Origin: a virus | Taxonomy: Duplodnaviria; Caudoviricetes | Strand: one strand, 5' to 3' | Virus record (IMG/VR): IMGVR_UViG_3300037467_000647 | Location: 1-47,108 of that record | Length of the DNA: 47,108 nucleotides | Part shown: one piece after another, positions 44,848 through 47,108 of the stretch | How the letters are laid out: each line of letters starts with the position of its first letter | Position numbering within the stretch: position 1 is the stretch's first letter | Notes under the pieces: generated by a model | Database searches by the model: none | What the model saw: the letters and a program-made list of their open reading frames with translations, nothing else | Told to the model about the DNA's origin: nothing | Made by a program: the position numbers and the translations under genes

Positions 44848-45431
44848 AAGTTCTGATCGCCTGCGAAGAATCCGGCGCCGTGCGCGATGCCTTCATCCAG
44901 GGGGGGCATGACGCGATGAGCTGCGACCTTCTGCCGACGCGGTCACCCGGGCCGCATTACTGCGGCGACGTGCGCGACGTGCTGCACTACCCGTGGGACA
45001 TGATGATCTTCCACGCTCCATGTACGCATATCTGCGTCAGCGGCGCCAAGCATTTTGCAGCCAAGCGCCTGGATGGTCGACAGCAATCAGGCGTGTCGTT
45101 TTTCATGGAGTTGTGGCGGCACGGCGAGAAGTACATCCAGTACATGGCCGCAGAGCAGCCGATCGGCATCCTTTCGTCACTGTTCCGCAAGCCGGATCAA
45201 GTCATCCAGCCGTGGCAGTTCGGGCACGGCGAAACAAAGGCAACCTGTCTATGGCTGAAGAACCTGCCATTGCTTCAGCCAACGAACATCGTTGACGGGC
45301 GTGACGCGCGTATTCACAAGATGCCGCCCGGCCCGGATCGTGCGCGCGAGCGTAGTGCCACCTACGCCGGTATTGCGCAAGCAATGGCGCAGCAGTGGGG
45401 AAATCGCGGGCAACTGGAGTTTGCCGCATGA
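44844..45431 (+). CDS. Phage DNA cytosine methyltransferase-like protein
   Basis: VLIACEESG, SCD, HAPCT (PC motif), QPWQFGH, KATCLWL. Confidence 0.8.
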   Translation: MKVLIACEESGAVRDAFIQGGHDAMSCDLLPTRSPGPHYCGDVRDVLHYPWDMMIFHAPCTHICVSGAKHFAAKRLDGRQQSGVSFFMELWRHGEKYIQYMAAEQPIGILSSLFRKPDQVIQPWQFGHGETKATCLWLKNLPLLQPTNIVDGRDARIHKMPPGPDRARERSATYAGIAQAMAQQWGNRGQLEFAA

Positions 45432-45835
45432 AACGCACCGCCATTACTCGCCCCAAGCCGCAGCCAGGGATTCTGCGCACCGCCAGCCTGAAGCCGGGAA
45501 AGCTGATGAAATCACGCGGCATGAAAGGCCGTGCGCCTACCGCTGCCGAACGTGCGCTGCATCACGACATGGCCGGCCTTGGTTGCATCGCATGCCTGTT
45601 GGATGGTCGCGTGAATCCGTGGGTATCGATCCATCACATCGACGGCCGCACCAAGCCGGACGCGCATAGCAAGGTTCTCGCCCTGTGTGCCCAGCACCAC
45701 CAGCAAGATGATACCGACCCGCTCGGGCGAATCGCTGTGCATCCGAACAAGGCGCGATTCGAGGCGCAATACGGCTCGCAGGAATCGCTGCTGGCTTTGA
45801 CGATGGAGAAATTGAAGAGCAGTTCCCAACCGTAG
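45428..45835 (+). CDS. Ref-family recombination enhancement nuclease
   Basis: LGCIAC, IHHIDGRTKP, LCAQHH, FEAQYG. Confidence 0.8.
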   Translation: MKRTAITRPKPQPGILRTASLKPGKLMKSRGMKGRAPTAAERALHHDMAGLGCIACLLDGRVNPWVSIHHIDGRTKPDAHSKVLALCAQHHQQDDTDPLGRIAVHPNKARFEAQYGSQESLLALTMEKLKSSSQP

Positions 45836-45854
45836 TTCAAACAGGAGAGAAGAA

Positions 45855-46292
45855 ATGGAAGAAGAAACCGTTGCAGACCAAGAGCAACCGACCGTCAGCG
45901 ATTACGCAAAGGAATTCTTGCTCGGGTCGCTTATCAAGGCAGCGACCAAGCATTTGAAGACATTGGCCGTTCCGTGGATCGACCTGAAAGAAGCCGAGCA
46001 AAAGCGCGTCCTGCAGGCCGTGCATGACGAATGCCGGACTGCTGCGCGCGACGCGATCGACATCATCGCCAGCAATGGCCGCATGACATTCCCGGCTGCT
46101 GTCGACCAAGTTGTTTTCAAAGATGGCGTGAAATGCGTCCTCACCCTGTCGAAGACGCCGGAGGCGCACAGCTTGGCCGATGCGGAAGGCTCCTACGTGA
46201 CGATCGTCATCGAAGAGCGCTCCAAGCTGCTGCAAGAAGGCGATGCGCTGGAAGTTGATGCCGACCAAAAATCATTGCTGGAAGCCGCATAG
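45855..46292 (+). CDS. Conserved hypothetical protein
   Basis: AGGAG RBS; PW..L.E.EQ, VVFKDGVK motifs. Confidence 0.7.
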   Translation: MEEETVADQEQPTVSDYAKEFLLGSLIKAATKHLKTLAVPWIDLKEAEQKRVLQAVHDECRTAARDAIDIIASNGRMTFPAAVDQVVFKDGVKCVLTLSKTPEAHSLADAEGSYVTIVIEERSKLLQEGDALEVDADQKSLLEAA

Positions 46293-46661
46293 ATGATTTC
46301 GCTCACCCTGCCATTGCCGCCCACGATAAACCACTACTACGGTCAGCGGCCACGTGGTGGGCGGTACATCAAGCCGGCAGGGCTGGCATTTCGTCAGGCA
46401 GTAGCCGACGTTGTGGCGCAGGCCGGTTACAAAACGATCGAGGGCCGGGTATCGCTGTTCGTGGCGATTTTCCCGGCCGATCGCCGCCGGCAAGACATCG
46501 ACAACCGCGCCAAATCATTGCAAGACGCGCTCACGCACGCTGGCGTGTGGCTGGACGACGAACAGATCGATGAGTTGCACATGGTGCGCCGCGAAGTCGT
46601 CAAGGGCGGACAGGTCAAAGTCGTGGTGAGGGCGCTGGCTATGGATAAAGGGGTGGAGTGA
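46293..46661 (+). CDS. rusA: RusA Holliday junction resolvase
   Basis: LPLPPTINHYY, DRRRQDIDNRAKSLQDAL, DDEQI. Confidence 0.92.
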   Translation: MISLTLPLPPTINHYYGQRPRGGRYIKPAGLAFRQAVADVVAQAGYKTIEGRVSLFVAIFPADRRRQDIDNRAKSLQDALTHAGVWLDDEQIDELHMVRREVVKGGQVKVVVRALAMDKGVE

Positions 46662-46727
46662 TGGCAGCTATAAAAAGTCTCCCGCCAGAGTGTATGCTAC
46701 TGGTTCATCAAATCACAGGAGAGTGGA

Positions 46728-46937
46728 ATGGCGGATTTCAACTGGCATGGCGAGGACGAAAAGGAAGACATAATCATCCCAAGGGTGGACGCAATTGCAG
46801 TCTATACAAATTCGAATGGCGACGTAGTAATTCGCCAGCAGGACAGCATGGGAGACGAGGACAGCGTAGTCATTATCCCGCGCTTACACGTGCAAACCGT
46901 AATAGCGGCAATAAATCATCAGCTAAACGACGAGTAG
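46728..46937 (+). CDS. Hypothetical acidic 69-aa protein
   Basis: AGGAG RBS; AIAVYTN..GDVVIRQ. Confidence 0.65.
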   Translation: MADFNWHGEDEKEDIIIPRVDAIAVYTNSNGDVVIRQQDSMGDEDSVVIIPRLHVQTVIAAINHQLNDE

Positions 46938-46980
46938 GTTCACAAGATCCTTCATGCCACCTTGAAATGCAAGGGGTGGT

Positions 46981-47108
46981 ATGAAGCGACCTTCATTTCA
47001 ATTCTATCCGGCCGATTGGAAGAACAACTCCAAACTCCGCCGCTGCTCAGAAGCTGCGCGCGGTGCATGGGTAGATATTCTTTGCCTCCTTCACGACTCT
47101 GACGAGTA
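46981..47108 (+). CDS. Replication initiator, 5' part (MKRPSFQFYPADW...), continuing through the junction to 1031
   Basis: ATG at 46981 after a GGGGTGG RBS-like sequence; in frame with 147..1031; N-terminus typical of YdaU/DUF1376-like phage initiators. Confidence 0.8.
   Translation, partial: MKRPSFQFYPADWKNNSKLRRCSEAARGAWVDILCLLHDSDE

Larger units (their letters stand above)
1..47108. mobile_element. Complete circular temperate siphophage genome (lambdoid organisation, HK97-like head, dusA-targeting integrase), excised form
   Basis: Full set of phage modules, exact terminal overlap, intact attP between int and xis, no host genes. Confidence 0.96.

Noticed and set aside
46982-47108. 127-bp terminal direct repeat as a biological DTR
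   Set aside because: It falls inside the initiator gene and 127 is a common assembler k-mer; the HNH/terS layout points to cos ends near 4200-4300
1-47108. CRISPR array, diversity-generating retroelement, retron or invertible tail cassette
   Set aside because: No repeat-spacer periodicity, reverse transcriptase, serine invertase or TR/VR pair seen by eye

Overview
The window is one complete, circular, excised temperate lambdoid siphophage genome of about 46,981 bp. Bases 1-127 repeat exactly at 46982-47108, and the replication-initiator gene reads through that junction. The host is probably a beta- or gamma-proteobacterium (inferred from a CTGT-N8-ACAG SOS box). Gene order: replication and nin-like region, Q-like late regulator, HNH/cos/terminase, HK97-type head, long non-contractile tail with a -1 frameshift chaperone, lysis cassette with a GH73 endolysin, an MBOAT + SGNH O-acylation moron, a tyrosine integrase with attP in a dusA 5' fragment (VAPMMDWT), excisionase, early-left operon (NT5C, Gp157, SSB, Sak4), accessory genes, cI/cro with TTAGC-N5-GCTAA operators, and the early-right operon (HNH, MTase, Ref, RusA). 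Most interesting: (1) a LexA-boxed 45-aa ORF converging on a peptidase-less cI and resembling its C-terminal helix, a candidate SOS antirepressor; (2) a tRNA-elbow-like structured RNA in the early-left operon; (3) a 30-aa peptide plus repeat-hairpin-repeat element before the tail tube gene; (4) a small protein + KELMH IrrE-like pair that may be a defence or toxin-antitoxin module; (5) the MBOAT/SGNH conversion cassette. All family calls come from motif recognition by eye; no searches were run.
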